Assembly: GCA_963769025.1 (NCBI GenBank)
Contig: CAVYKI010000009.1
Coordinates: 992,001 to 1,056,000 of the forward strand
Source: an uncultured Verrucomicrobiae bacterium
GTDB taxonomy: Bacteria > Verrucomicrobiota > Verrucomicrobiia > Chthoniobacterales > Chthoniobacteraceae
Reading direction: 5' to 3'
DNA length: 64,000 nt
Shown here: positions 28,162-41,072 of the stretch, piece by piece
Numbering within the stretch: position 1 is the stretch's first letter
How the letters are laid out: every line of letters begins with the position of its first letter
Made by a program: the position numbers and the translations under genes
The notes under the pieces: model-generated
Seen by the model: the letters and a program-made list of their open reading frames with translations, nothing else
Database searches by the model: none
Told to the model about the DNA's origin: nothing

Positions 28162-29376
28162 CTACTTGTCATTGAGCGCGGCGACGCCGGGAAGCACTTT
28201 TCCCTCGAGGAGTTCGAGCGATGCCCCGCCGCCGGTGCTGATGAATGTGACCTTGTCCGCGACGCCTGCGCGCTTCACGGCCTTCACGCTGTCGCCGCCG
28301 CCGATGATTGTCTTCGCGCCGCGGTTCGCAGCGATGGCCTCGGCGATGTCGAAGGTCCCCTTTGCCGTCGCCTTGATTTCAAAGACGCCCATAGGGCCGT
28401 TCCAGATGACCGTCTTCGCCTTCGCAATTTCCGCGGCGAAGAGCTTCACGCTCTCGGGCCCGATGTCGAGGCCCTCCCAGCCGTCGGGGATGCTCTCGCC
28501 GGGCGGCACGACTTTCGTCTCGCCGATCGTCTTCGTGTCAAAATCGAACTTGTCCGACACCAGCGCGTCCACGGGGAGGAGCAGCTTCACGCCGCGCTCC
28601 TTCGCCTTTGCGATCGCGGCCTGCGCGATGGGCTCCCACTCGGGCTTGTAGAGGCTCTTCCCGATTCCGATCCCCTCGACGAGTTTGCGGAAAGTGTAGG
28701 CCATGCCGCCGCCGATGATGATCGTGTCGGCCTTTTCGAGCAGCCGGTTGATGACCGCAATCTTGTCGTTCACCTTCGCGCCGCCGAGGATCACCACGAA
28801 AGGCCGTTCGGGCGACTCCAACTCGTCGTGCAAATAGGTGATCTCCTTTTCCATGAGCAGTCCGCTCACGGCAGGCAGCAATGCCGCTACACCCGCCGTC
28901 GAGCTGTGCGCGCGGTGCGCCGAGCCGAATGCGTCGTTCACGAAGACATCCGCGAGTTCCGCCATCGCCTTTGCGAGCGCCGCGTCGTTCTTTTCCTCTC
29001 CGGCTTCGAAGCGCACATTCTCCAGCAAGGTCACGTCGCCATTCTTCATGTGCGCGATGATTTTCGCAGGCACTTCGCCGATGACGTCGTGGCTGAATGC
29101 GACAGGATGATTGATGAGCGAGTGCAGGTGATCCGCGATGGGGCGCAGGGATTCCTTTTCGCTGCGTTTGCCCTTGGGCCGGCCGAGATGCGAGCAAAGG
29201 ATGACCTTCGCACCTTTCCCGATGAGATGCCTGATGGTCGGCAGCGTCTCCTTGATGCGCGTGTCGTCGGTGATGACCATGTGCCCGTCCTTCTCGTCGA
29301 GCGGCACGTTGAAATCCACGCGCACGAGGCAGCGCTTCCCGGTTACTTCGATGTCACGAATGCTTTTCTTGGCCAT
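28162..29376 (-). CDS. pgk: Phosphoglycerate kinase
   Basis: RVDFNVP, SHLGRP, DAFGSAHRAH, GGAKV, WNGPMGVFE, STGGGASLE. Confidence 0.97.
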   Translation of the reverse strand: MAKKSIRDIEVTGKRCLVRVDFNVPLDEKDGHMVITDDTRIKETLPTIRHLIGKGAKVILCSHLGRPKGKRSEKESLRPIADHLHSLINHPVAFSHDVIGEVPAKIIAHMKNGDVTLLENVRFEAGEEKNDAALAKAMAELADVFVNDAFGSAHRAHSSTAGVAALLPAVSGLLMEKEITYLHDELESPERPFVVILGGAKVNDKIAVINRLLEKADTIIIGGGMAYTFRKLVEGIGIGKSLYKPEWEPIAQAAIAKAKERGVKLLLPVDALVSDKFDFDTKTIGETKVVPPGESIPDGWEGLDIGPESVKLFAAEIAKAKTVIWNGPMGVFEIKATAKGTFDIAEAIAANRGAKTIIGGGDSVKAVKRAGVADKVTFISTGGGASLELLEGKVLPGVAALNDK

Positions 29377-29454
29377 AAATTTGAGCCGGCGATGAATCGC
29401 CACCGGAAGCGGAAAGACAAGCTCTTTGCTGGGAAAATCCGTAGCGGCGCTGAA

Positions 29455-29591
29455 GAATGAAACGCAGAGGCGCGGAGACGCAGAGGACGGAAAACGAGCT
29501 TCAACCAGCCACTCGCGCTCGACCCAGATCCGCCGAAAAATGCACCTTCATCCTTCTTCTCTCCGCGCCTCTGCGTCTCTGCGTTTCATTC
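29455..29591. repeat. Inverted repeat built of RCGCRGAG 8-mer tandem units
   Basis: gaatgaaacgcagaggcgcggagacgcagag ... ctctccgcgcctctgcgtctctgcgtttcattc. Confidence 0.75.
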
Positions 29592-29631
29592 ATGCTTGGC
29601 CGGACGCCACGCGCCCGCTTTCCTGCGCATC

Positions 29632-30693
29632 ATGCGCATCCTTTTCTCCCTGCTCCTCATCGCATCCTCACTCACCGCCGCGGAAATCCGCACCGTCGCC
29701 GGCACCGGCATCGCGGGCTCCGCGGGCGACGGCGGCTCGGCCACCGCCGCTCAGATCGACAATCCCTTCGGCGTCATCCGCGGGCCGGACGGCAACATTT
29801 GGTTCTGCGAATACACCGGCCAGCGCGTGCGCAAAATTACGCCGGACGGAAAAATTCACATCGTCGCGGGCACGGGCGCGAAAGGCTACACCGGCGACGG
29901 AGGCCCTGCGCTGCACGCCACATTCAATCTCCCCCACGAGATCCGCTTCGACAAAAAGGGCGACCTTTTCATCGTGGACATGACGAACCACGCCGTGCGC
30001 CGCGTGGACATGAAGACCGGCATCATCACCACGTTCGCCGGCAGCGGCAAAGCCGGCTACTCCGGCGACGGCGGCCCGGCGAAGGACGCACAGTTCAAGC
30101 AGCCGCACAGCATCCAGTTCGACCCCGCGGGCGACCTCTACATCTGCGACATCGGCAACCACGTCATCCGCAAGGTGGACATGAAGACCGGCATCATCAC
30201 GACTTTTGCCGGCACCGGAAAAGCCGGCCCCACGCCCGATGGCTCGCCGATCGCCGGCACGCCACTGAACGGCCCGCGCTCGCTCGACTTCGACGCGGAA
30301 GGCAACCTCTGGCTCGCCACGCGCGAGGGGAACCAGGTCTTCAAATTCGACATCAAGGCCGGCAAGATCCTCCACGTCGCAGGCACGGGAAAGAAGGGTT
30401 TCACCGGCCACGGCGGCCCCGCGAAGGACGCCACGCTCTCCGGCCCGAAAGGAATCGCCGTCGCCCCGGACGGCAACGTCTGGCTCGCTGACTGCGAGAG
30501 CCACAGCATCCGCATGATCGACATGAAGACCGGCAAACTCGAACTCATCGCCGGCACAGGCGAAAAAGGCGACGGTCCCGACGGCGATCCGATGAAGTGC
30601 AAAATGGCCCGCCCGCACGGAATCTTCGTGGACAAGGACGGAAGCGTCTTCATCGGCGACAGCGAAGCGCACCGCGTGCGGGTGCTGAAGTAG
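29632..30693 (+). CDS. Secreted NHL-repeat beta-propeller protein
   Basis: Repeated GDGGPA..A....P.....D..G.LYI.D..NH.IRKVD units; signal peptide. Confidence 0.85.
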   Translation: MRILFSLLLIASSLTAAEIRTVAGTGIAGSAGDGGSATAAQIDNPFGVIRGPDGNIWFCEYTGQRVRKITPDGKIHIVAGTGAKGYTGDGGPALHATFNLPHEIRFDKKGDLFIVDMTNHAVRRVDMKTGIITTFAGSGKAGYSGDGGPAKDAQFKQPHSIQFDPAGDLYICDIGNHVIRKVDMKTGIITTFAGTGKAGPTPDGSPIAGTPLNGPRSLDFDAEGNLWLATREGNQVFKFDIKAGKILHVAGTGKKGFTGHGGPAKDATLSGPKGIAVAPDGNVWLADCESHSIRMIDMKTGKLELIAGTGEKGDGPDGDPMKCKMARPHGIFVDKDGSVFIGDSEAHRVRVLK

Positions 30694-30696
30694 CGG

Positions 30697-31671
30697 TCAG
30701 TTCCCTTCCGCCGTGCGCTTGATGTGATTCAGCACGCGCTCGTGGATTCGGTGGATCATGTAGTCGGAAATCGGACCCCAATACCACTGAGGCGCCAGCG
30801 TGTGCGCGTACCAAGTCGTACCTTCCAGCACCACGGCTCCACCTTCCTGCACGAGGCGGAACTGCCCGCGTTTTGAAACCATGTGGCCGTGGAGATGCGG
30901 GGCATTCACCTGTTCGTAGGGCGAAAGCTCCTTCATCGGCGGTGGCGACGAGCTCACATCGAAGGCGAGCAGGCCGGGCGACTCCCATCGCGTAATCGGT
31001 TCGACGAAGCTCCCTGTGGAAAAAACGCAGTGCCGGACGGCACCGACGCCGGCGCCTTCAATCCGCGCCTCGATGGGATATGCAATGCCGAGGCAGAAAA
31101 TGCCCGACGGCGGCTCTGAAATCTTCGGGAACGCAATAACGGTATCCCACACGCGGCTGATCGGCGCATGCACGAGGACGCTCGTCGTCACACTGCGAAC
31201 AGACGGAGCCGACCGCGATGTATAGTCAAACGCGACGAACGCCGGGAACAGCAGGACGATCAGCAACGGCAGTGCGGACCGCACCCCTTTCCCGCACGCG
31301 CGGCCAGCCACCCGGCCGAGCGCGGCAGCGACAATCGCGAAGCACCATGCCAATGGCAGCGCCATGAGCAGACAGATGAGGCCATCCATCGCGAACAACA
31401 TGATGACGGCACCCAGCACGAGCACGCCGGCCGTCGCGGATCCATAGACCGCTGACTGCGAGACATCGCGACGAAACGATCGGAGAAACGCCGACAGGAA
31501 ACCCACCTCGACCGGCACGCCAAGGAAAAGGCTCCAACCGTAAAACTGCAGATTTTGGACGCACAACGCAGTGAGCCCAAATCCGATCAACGCCGGAGCC
31601 AGCGTCGCAAACCAGAAGCTGTTGATGGTCTTCAACAATGCGCTGCTAGCCGGTGCGCTCTCATGGAGCAA
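30697..31671 (-). CDS. Membrane protein with C-terminal SRPBCC-like domain
   Basis: Several TM helices (DGLICLLMALP), then GIAYP, GVGAVRHCVFSTG, PPPMKELSPY, IHRIHERVL. Confidence 0.65.
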   Translation of the reverse strand: MLHESAPASSALLKTINSFWFATLAPALIGFGLTALCVQNLQFYGWSLFLGVPVEVGFLSAFLRSFRRDVSQSAVYGSATAGVLVLGAVIMLFAMDGLICLLMALPLAWCFAIVAAALGRVAGRACGKGVRSALPLLIVLLFPAFVAFDYTSRSAPSVRSVTTSVLVHAPISRVWDTVIAFPKISEPPSGIFCLGIAYPIEARIEGAGVGAVRHCVFSTGSFVEPITRWESPGLLAFDVSSSPPPMKELSPYEQVNAPHLHGHMVSKRGQFRLVQEGGAVVLEGTTWYAHTLAPQWYWGPISDYMIHRIHERVLNHIKRTAEGN

Positions 31672-31693
31672 GGTATGAGCCCGAGTGAGGCCA

Positions 31694-32950
31694 CTACCTC
31701 ACCCCCGTCACCACCGGCTGCGTCCACGCCTGCTCCATTTCATCCGGCGAGAGGACGCCTTCCTTGCGCTTCGAGGAGACGATGCGGGCGCGGACGTAGA
31801 GTTCGTCGCCCTTGAATGCGTAGCCCGCGGTCGTGCCGTCGGCGGTGGCGAGGATGCGGCCCACGTCCTTGCTGTAGCGGCGCGTGGTGCGGAGGGTTTC
31901 GCCTTTTTCGCCGAGCACGGGCTCGCTCGCGGTGTCCCAGCCTTTGCGCGTGCCGATGAATTCCGTCCGGAACGTCACGCCCGGCTGCGGCTCGATCTCG
32001 ATGGTGATGCCCTTCGCGTCGTGGCGCACGTCGCGCAGCGTCACGCCGGAGGATGCGTAGAAATCCCCCGCCTCCATCGCGGCGATGAGGCTCGCGGCGT
32101 CGAGCTTTTCCGAGCGCACCATCACCCAGCCGCGGCCGGTGCGGCTCTGCTTCTCCGGCGCGGGGTTCTCGTGGTAATTGTGCGCGTCGTCCGTCGCCAT
32201 TCCGTAGAGCACGCGCTTGCCGGCGGTGGCGCGCATGGTGAGCACGATGTCCCAGATGCGCGCGGTGCTCGCGCGGGTAGCGTCGCCCTCGTTGTGGACG
32301 GTCGGGTGGCCATTGTACACCTCGAAAAACTGCTCTTCCTCCACCTCATTCAGTTCCTCCGCGGTGAGCGCCCAGTTGAAGTTCGGGTGGTTGATGTGTG
32401 CAAACATCGGCACTCCCGTGCGCGTGCGCTGCTCGAGCACTGCGGCGAGGTTCCGCTGCATCACGTCCACGGGATTCCGCCCGCCCTGCGGCTTGATGAC
32501 TTCCTGCACGTTCGTCGCGTTGATGTGGATGGGCGCGCTGAGAAAGCGGTCGCTGATCTCCTCGCTCGGCACCATCAGGAAGCGCGCCGGCTCCTCCAGC
32601 TTCGTGCGGAATTCCGAGAGCATCTTCAGCCGCACCTCCTTCCCCGTCTCCGCGGGGCGCGTCTCCACCCACGCCGCGCCGAAGCGCGCGAAGTATTTGT
32701 CGAACGCCAATTCCTTGCCCTTGGTCTTCGCAATGTCCACCCAGCGCTCGTGGTCGGCGATGATGTTGTGATCCGACAGCGCGAGAAAATGGTAGCCATG
32801 TTCCTTGTACCAAGAGGCGATCATCTCCGGGTAGTCGTCGCCATCGCTCCACAGCGAATGCGTGTGCAGGTTCCCCTTCCACCAGCGCGGCTCGGCGGTG
32901 GCTGAAAATTGCAGTGCACAGACGATAAGAAGGCAGGGAATCAGGCGCAT
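31694..32950 (-). CDS. Secreted PHP-domain metallohydrolase (histidinol-phosphatase-like)
   Basis: Signal peptide MRLIP..., WWKGNLHTHSLWSDG, LSDHN, NHPNF, EVYNGH, TDDAH, GDFYASSG. Confidence 0.8.
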   Translation of the reverse strand: MRLIPCLLIVCALQFSATAEPRWWKGNLHTHSLWSDGDDYPEMIASWYKEHGYHFLALSDHNIIADHERWVDIAKTKGKELAFDKYFARFGAAWVETRPAETGKEVRLKMLSEFRTKLEEPARFLMVPSEEISDRFLSAPIHINATNVQEVIKPQGGRNPVDVMQRNLAAVLEQRTRTGVPMFAHINHPNFNWALTAEELNEVEEEQFFEVYNGHPTVHNEGDATRASTARIWDIVLTMRATAGKRVLYGMATDDAHNYHENPAPEKQSRTGRGWVMVRSEKLDAASLIAAMEAGDFYASSGVTLRDVRHDAKGITIEIEPQPGVTFRTEFIGTRKGWDTASEPVLGEKGETLRTTRRYSKDVGRILATADGTTAGYAFKGDELYVRARIVSSKRKEGVLSPDEMEQAWTQPVVTGVR

Positions 32951-33065
32951 GGATTGGGAGATCGGGACGACGGCTACACGGTGAACCCGCGCGTCCGACG
33001 CACGAAAGGTGTTTTGTGCGCGGGCTCGGGACTGGAATGTGGTGCCGACGATTCGGCGGCGCGCG

Positions 33066-34304
<1,239 letters not shown>

Positions 34305-34345
34305 CTAATGGACGACACGGTCAGCGGGTCTGAAATGTCCGTAAG

Positions 34346-36833
34346 ATGAAATTGCAATCCTGCCTCGCCCTGTCCGCGTTTGCGGCTTCGGCAATTTTAT
34401 GGAGTGGAAGCGCGAATGCCGCGGCAAAGGCGCCAGACGGCGCGAAGATGGTTACGGCCGTTTCTCGATCAGCACTGCACGGGATGCCACGACGCGACGG
34501 AGAAGAAGGGCGGGCTGGATCTGGAGGCGCTGCCGGTGAAGTTCGACACGGCGAAGGAGCGCGCGGAGTGGGTGAAGGTTTTCGACCGCGTGCTTTCGGG
34601 TGAGATGCCTCCGCCGAAGAAAGCGCGCCCGGACGCGAAGGAAAAGCGGGCGGTGCTGGAGACCATCGGCGGTGCGATCGTGAAGGCGGAGACGGCGACG
34701 CAGGCCGCGGATGGGCGCGTGCCATTCCGCCGGCTGAACCGCGTGGAATTTGAGCGCAGCGTGCAGGAGCTGCTGGGCGTGGAGACGGCGATGCGGCACA
34801 TTTTGCCCAACGACACGCCGTCGCATGGCTTCGACACGGTGGCGGAGGGGCTGCGGATTTCGCAATTGCACATCGAGAAATATCTGGAGGCCGTCGATGC
34901 GGCGATTGTCGATGCGCTGGCTTTTCAGCCGCCGCCCGATGCGACGGTGAAGCGCTACCAGTACAAGGACGAGGCGGGCGTGAAGAAGCAGTTCGAGATC
35001 GCGGACGGCACGCCCGACCCGAAGAATCCGAAGAACGTCCGGCGGCAGGTGCTGAAGGAATTGCCGGATGCCGCCGTGTGGTTCAACGCCGGTTACCCGC
35101 ATGCGGAGCTGAAGCAGTTTTCCGTGCGGCAGTCGGGGCGGTACAAGCTGCGATTTTCGGCCTACGGCTATCAGACGGGCGGGCGGAATGTGATGATGCG
35201 CGTGTACACGGACAACTACCGGACGCGGCGCTTCCTCGGCTACTTCGACATCCCGCCGGACAAGCCGCGCGTGGTGGAGCTGAATGTCGCGCTGAACGCC
35301 GGCGAGTTCATCCGCGTCGAGCCGACCGGGACGGGCTACGACGCGGACGGGAAGAACGTGAACAACATCGGCGCGCCGAATTTCAAGGGCTCGGGCCTCG
35401 CGCTCCAGTGGGCGGAGGTCGAAGGTCCGCTCGTGGAAAGCTGGCCGCCGCCGGGGACGAAGCGGCTCTTTGGCGATGTGCCGCTCGTGGAGGTGGCGCA
35501 GAACAAGCAGGTCTGGCGCAAGAACCGCAAGGTGCCCTACGCGCTGAAGCCCGAGCAGCCGAAGGAGGCGGCGCAAAAGATGATCGAACGCTTTGCGCAG
35601 CGCGCATTCCGGCGTCCGCTGGAGAGCGGCGAGGCGGAGCCGTTCGCGAAGCTCGTGACGGACGCGCTGGACGCGGGAAAGTCGTTCGAGGACGCGATCG
35701 AGGTCGGTTTCCGCGCGGTGCTCACGGCGCCGCAATTCCTCCTGCTCGAAGAGCGCCCCGGCCGGCTCGATGACTTCGCGCTCGCGTCGCGGCTTTCATA
35801 TTTCCTCTGGAGCACGATGCCCGACGACGAACTGCTCGGCCTCGCCGCCGCGAAAAAGCTCGGCCAGTCCGCGACGTTGCGCGCTCAGGTGGAGCGGATG
35901 CTCGCGAGCCCGAAGGCGCGGGCATTCACCGAGAATTTCACGGGCCAATGGCTCGACCTGCGGAACATCGAGGCGACCACGCCGGACAAGCGGCTCTACC
36001 CGGAATTCGACGAGGTGCTGCAGGCCTCGATGATCGGCGAGACGGAGTCGTTCTTCACCGAGATGCTGAAGCGCGACGAGAGCACGGTGAATTTCATCCA
36101 CTCCGACTGGCTGATGGTGAACCGCACCATCGCCGAGCACTACGGAATCGAGGGAATCAAGGGCGAGGATTTCCAGCGCGTGAAGCTCCCGGCAAATTTG
36201 CCTCGCGGCGGGCTGCTCACGCAGGCGGGCATCTTGAAAGTGAGCGCAAACGGGACAGTGACATCGCCGGTAATCCGCGGCGCCTGGGTGATGAAGCGCC
36301 TCCTCGGCAAGCCGCCGCTGCCGCCACCACCGGAGACCGGTACCATCGAGCCCGACACGCGAGGCGCGACGACGATCCGCGAGCAGCTCGCGAAACATCG
36401 CAGCGTGGAGTCGTGCGCCTCCTGCCATCGCACGATGGACCCGCCGGGATTTGCGCTGGAGAGTTTCGATGTCATCGGCGGCTGGCGCGATCGCTACCGC
36501 TCGCAGGAAAAGGGCGACAACCCGAACCGGAAAATCCACGGACGAAACGTATGGGAATACAAGCTCGGGCTGCCCGTGGACTCCACGGGCGAACTCCCCG
36601 ACGGGCGGAAATTCCAGGACATCGGCGAATTCAAAAAGCTGCTGCTCGACGAGCGCGACCAGGTGCTGAAGAACGTGACCGAGCAACTGCTCACCTACTC
36701 GACCGGCGCTGGCATCCGCTTCGCCGACCGCACCGAAGTCACGCGCATCACGGCGAGCGTGAAGGCGAAGGGCAGCGGCCTGCGCACGCTCGTGCATGAG
36801 ATTGTCCAAAGCCCGCTCTTTCTGAACAAATAG
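34346..36833 (+). CDS. DUF1592/DUF1588-type cytochrome-c-domain protein, frameshift near 34445
   Basis: Signal peptide in ORF 34346 frame; CTGCH, MPPPK, RRLNRVEF, LASRLSYFLWSTMPD, TSPVIRG, CASCH, SPLFLNK. Confidence 0.88.
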
Positions 36834-36845
36834 CCAATCCTCGAT

Positions 36846-38126
36846 ATGAATATCGCTCACCAACCCATCTCCCGCCGCGCATTTCTCCGGGGCGCCGGCG
36901 TCGCGCTCGCGCTCCCCTATCTCGATGCGATGTGGCCGCGCGCATTTGCCGCCAGCGCCGCGGCACCGAGGCGGATGGTCGCCATCTGCACCTCGCTCGG
37001 CATCTACACGCCGAGCCTTTTTCCGAAGGAGGCCGGGCGCGACTACACGCTCACGCCGTACCTTGAGCAGCTCAAGGAGCACCGCGGCGACTTCACTGTT
37101 TTCTCCGGCGTCTCGCATCCCGACCAGGCAGGCGCGGACGGGCACACTTCGGAAATGACGTGGCTCACTTCCGCGAAGCATCCGGGGCTCGGCGGCTTCC
37201 GCAACACGATCTCACTCGACCAGGTCGTCGCGGAGAAAATCGGCATCCAGACGCGCTTCCCATCGCTCGTGCTCGGCACGAACAACACCAGCCAGAGCTT
37301 CACGCGGAGCGGCGTGATGCTGCCCGCGGACTCGAAGCCCTCTCAGGTCTTCGCAAAACTCTTCCTCGAAGGCACCAAGGACGCCGTCGCCGCGCAGATG
37401 CAGAAGCTGCGGGAAGGCCGGAGCATCATGGACACCGTGCATGCGCAGGCGAAGCGCTTTGGCTCCCGCGTCGGTTCGGCGGATCGCGAGAAGCTCGACG
37501 AATACTTCACGTCGATCCGCGAGATGGAACAGCGGCTCGTCCTTTCGGAGGAATGGGCGCGAAAGCCGAAGCCAAAGGTGGACGCACAGCCGCCGACGGA
37601 CATCACCGAGGAGAAGGATCTCATCGGACGGATGCGGCTGCTTTTCGAACTCATCCCGCTGGCGCTACAGACGGATTCCACGCGCGCCATCACGGTCCTC
37701 GTGCAGGGCCGCGGCGACGTGCCGGTCGTGGACGGCGTGAGCATCGCGCACCACGAACTTTCGCACCACGGGCAGGACCCGGAGAAGCTCAAGCAGCTCG
37801 CGCTCATCGAGACCGCGGAAGTGCGCGCGCTCGGCGAACTGTTCACCGCGCTGAAGGCGAAGAAGGAAGGCAACGGCTCGCTGCTCGACAACACGATGGT
37901 GCTCTTCGGCAGCAACCTTGGGAACGCGAATTCGCACGACACGAAAAACCTCCCGCTGCTGCTCGCCGGCGGAGGTTTCCGGCACGGCCAGCACCTCGCG
38001 CTCGACACGAAGAACAACACGCCGCTGTGCAATCTCTTCGTCCAGATGCTCCAGCGGATGAACGTCGAGACCGACTCGTTCGGCTCGAGCACGAAGGCAA
38101 GCCTGCCGGGACTCGAAGCGGCCTGA
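36846..38126 (+). CDS. DUF1552-family protein
   Basis: SRRAFLRGAGVALALPYLDAM, NTISLDQ, LDEYFTSIRE, HELSHHG, GSNLGNANSH, NLP. Confidence 0.9.
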   Translation: MNIAHQPISRRAFLRGAGVALALPYLDAMWPRAFAASAAAPRRMVAICTSLGIYTPSLFPKEAGRDYTLTPYLEQLKEHRGDFTVFSGVSHPDQAGADGHTSEMTWLTSAKHPGLGGFRNTISLDQVVAEKIGIQTRFPSLVLGTNNTSQSFTRSGVMLPADSKPSQVFAKLFLEGTKDAVAAQMQKLREGRSIMDTVHAQAKRFGSRVGSADREKLDEYFTSIREMEQRLVLSEEWARKPKPKVDAQPPTDITEEKDLIGRMRLLFELIPLALQTDSTRAITVLVQGRGDVPVVDGVSIAHHELSHHGQDPEKLKQLALIETAEVRALGELFTALKAKKEGNGSLLDNTMVLFGSNLGNANSHDTKNLPLLLAGGGFRHGQHLALDTKNNTPLCNLFVQMLQRMNVETDSFGSSTKASLPGLEAA

Positions 38127-38140
38127 CGCGGGAAAAGCCG

Positions 38141-39400
38141 CTACGGCTTTGCGAACTGAACGTCGGTCGTGACCATCGCGTCGCGGTCGTCGGTCACCGA
38201 AATGAACCACGTGTTCGCATCGGCAGGCGGGCGCGGTGCGGTGATCGTCCCATTCGCGATGGTCGCGGGCGTGCTCTTCCACGTGCGCTTTGAGCGGAGG
38301 CCCTCGTCGGTCGTATAGTGGAGCGCCGCGGACTTCAGCGTGTCGCCGCCGGTGCAGGTGACGCGGACATTTTCGCCCTCGACGACCGGCTTGCCGGGAA
38401 TCGGCAGCGGGCGGCTACCGTTGCAGTATGAATCGATGAACATCCCGATTTCCTTCGGCTCCCATCCGGCGGGATGGCTGTGGCGCATGTTCACCTCGAT
38501 GCGCATCTGCTTCACGCCCGGCACGCGTTCGAAGGACTTCTGGTAGCTGTCGAGCACGTAGTGGACGTCGTTGGTGCCATTCACAAAAAGGATCGGCACG
38601 CGGCAGCGCGGCAGCAGGCTCGACGGGTCATACTTTTCCACCCAGCGCTGGCGGAGGTCGCCCAGCTTGTCGATGGATGGCTTTTGCACGGACTCGCCTT
38701 CGTGGAGAAAGCCGCAGCCATAGACGGGGACCGCGGCCTTGAAGCGATCGTCGAGCGACGCGACGAGGCACGTCGTGTAGCCGCCCCAACTGATGCCCGT
38801 GACCGCCGTGCGCTCCGCATCCACCTCGGGAAAACTGCGGAGCAGCGAGTGCGCGCGGATGACTGCGGCAGCGGCGTGGAAGGGCCACTGCTCGCTCGTC
38901 TCGCCGCCGATGCTGTCGAATTTTTCCGGGATGCCCCTGATCCGGTCCGCCGTTCGCGAGCCTCGTCCGCGTTTCCTTTTTCGCGGTCTGATTCAGCACG
39001 GGGATGCCCGTCTTCGGGTCATAGACAGGCGCGATCGGCTGCGCGCCGCCGAGGTCCATCGCGATCGCCGCGTAGCCGCGCTGCGCCCACAGCCACGCCC
39101 ACTCGGCGAACGCCGTGCCGCCGCCCCCGTGGATGAGCACGACACCGGGGAACTTCTTCCCGGCATCCGCCTTCCCGAGCGTCGCGGGCGAGGCGTAGAA
39201 CGCGAAGACCTCCGTCGGGTGGCCCTTGTAGTTTTCGCCGGTGTAGAAAAGGGAATGCACCGGGCCGGATTGATTCACCCAGCGCATCGCCGGGGCTTTC
39301 TTCAACTCGGCGAGATTCCACGGGCCGACCTGCGCATCGGCGGCGAAGGCCGTGAGTGAAACGGTGAACCACAAAAGCAAAGCGGCGGGAGGTTTTTCAT
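38141..39400 (-). CDS. Secreted alpha/beta hydrolase (acetylxylan esterase-like), two frameshifts
   Basis: PGVVLIHGGGG, RGYAAIAMD, GISWGG nucleophile elbow, GTND, H; split over 38628..39380 and 38141..38824. Confidence 0.8.
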
Positions 39401-39696
39401 GCGTGTGTGCTTTGAGGGTGAAATTTCGCGCCGTTGCAAGTCGGTGTTTTCAAGGTCTCTGGACGCGACAGCGGGGCAGCGGCGAGCGAATGAAGGACAC
39501 GCATCCTCCCTGTCCGCCTCATGGGTGAACTCCGAGCGGCGCACAAATGCTGAATCAGCCACGGCAGACACCCTCTGCGATTCCGCGCTCCGCCGCAGGC
39601 CGGCCAATCCCCGCGATTGCATCGCGCCGCACAGCCTGCAACACGACAGCGCGTGCATCCCAAGTCCAGCACTTCCAACTCCGTGTTCGCCTCGCG

Positions 39697-40400
39697 ATGA
39701 TTGATCTCCCGGTTGCCATCCTTGCCGGCGGGCTCGCGACGCGACTGCGTCCGATCACCGAGAAAATCCCGAAGTCACTGGTGGACGTCGCGGGCGAGCC
39801 TTTCCTATCGCACCAGCTCCGGCTTTTGCGCTCGCATGGAATCCGCAAGGCGGTGCTCTGCGTCGGCCATCTTGGCGAGATGATCGAGAGGGACTTCGGC
39901 GATGGCACGCGATTTGGAATCGAGCTTCGCTATTCATTCGACGGCCCGGTGCTGCTCGGAACGGGCGGCGCGCTTCAGCAGGCGCTGCCGCTGCTCGGCG
40001 AATCCTTCTTTGTCCTCTACGGGGACTCGTATCTGCCGGTGGACTACGCCGCGGCGGAAGCGGCCTGGCGCGCGAGCGGGAAGGACGCGCTCATGACCGT
40101 CTTCCGCAATGAAGGCGCGTGGGACACGAGCAACGTGGAGTTTTCCGACGGCAAACTCCTGCGCTACGACAAGCGCGACCGCACACCCGCGATGCTGCAC
40201 ATCGACTACGGCCTCTCGATTTTCACTGCAAAGGTCTTCGCGCATCGCGCCGCTGGCGAGCGATTCGACCTCTCGGACGTCCAGAGGGATTTGGTCGCGC
40301 AGGGCCGCATGGCCGGATACGAAGTGCGCGAACGCTTCTACGAAGTCGGCTCGCATGCCGGGCTCGAGGAACTCAACCAACTTCTGGCAAAAAATCATGA
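39697..40400 (+). CDS. Nucleotidyltransferase, HddC-like heptose-1-phosphate guanylyltransferase
   Basis: ILAGGLATRLRP, PKSLVDVAG, LGTGGAL, YGDSY; one extra A in the A-run at about 40390 would give a TGA stop overlapping the gmhA ATG. Confidence 0.75.
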
Positions 40401-40993
40401 GCTACTCCAAACAACACATCGGCGAGGCCATCAGCATCCTCGGACAACTGAATCTGGAGACCCTCGAAAAGATGGTCGCGCTCCTCGCTGCGACCCGTGA
40501 GCGCGGCGGGCGGCTGTTCATCCTCGGCGTCGGCGGCAGCGCGGGGAATGCGTCGCATGCGGTGAATGATTTTCGGAAAATCTGCGGCTTCGAGGCCTAC
40601 GCGCCGACGGACAATGTCTCCGAACTCACCGCGCGCACGAACGACGAGGGCTGGAGCACCGTCTTTGCCGAATGGCTGCGCGGAAGCCGCCTGCGGAAAG
40701 AGGACGCGCTGCTCGTGCTAAGCGTCGGCGGCGGCAACCTCGAGAAAAACGTGAGCCCGAATCTCGTCGAGGCTGTGAAGCTCGCGAAGGAACGCGGCGC
40801 GACCGTGCTCGGCATTGTCGGCAAAGACGGCGGCTACACCGCGCAGGTCGCGGATGCGTGCTGCATCGTGCCAACCGTAAATCCCGCGACCATCACCCCG
40901 CACTCCGAGGCCTTTCAGGCGGTGGTGTGGCATCTGTTCGTCTCGCACCCGGCGCTGAAAATGAAGGAGACGAAATGGGAGAGCACGAAGTGA
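40397..40993 (+). CDS. gmhA: Phosphoheptose isomerase (SIS domain)
   Basis: GVGGSAGNASHAVNDF, TARTND, SVGGG, HSEAFQ. Confidence 0.8.
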   Translation: MSYSKQHIGEAISILGQLNLETLEKMVALLAATRERGGRLFILGVGGSAGNASHAVNDFRKICGFEAYAPTDNVSELTARTNDEGWSTVFAEWLRGSRLRKEDALLVLSVGGGNLEKNVSPNLVEAVKLAKERGATVLGIVGKDGGYTAQVADACCIVPTVNPATITPHSEAFQAVVWHLFVSHPALKMKETKWESTK

Positions 40994-41072
40994 ATGCAGG
41001 ATTTCAGATTTCCCCCTCCGCAGCCCGCGGCTGTCCCGCTACGCCCGGCTCAGACTTGACCTTTGCACGGCG

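Noticed and set aside
39697..40500. 100-nt overlap or C-terminal extension of the nucleotidyltransferase into gmhA
   Set aside because: Adding one A in the A-run at about 40390 yields a standard ATGA stop/start overlap; likely a homopolymer error.
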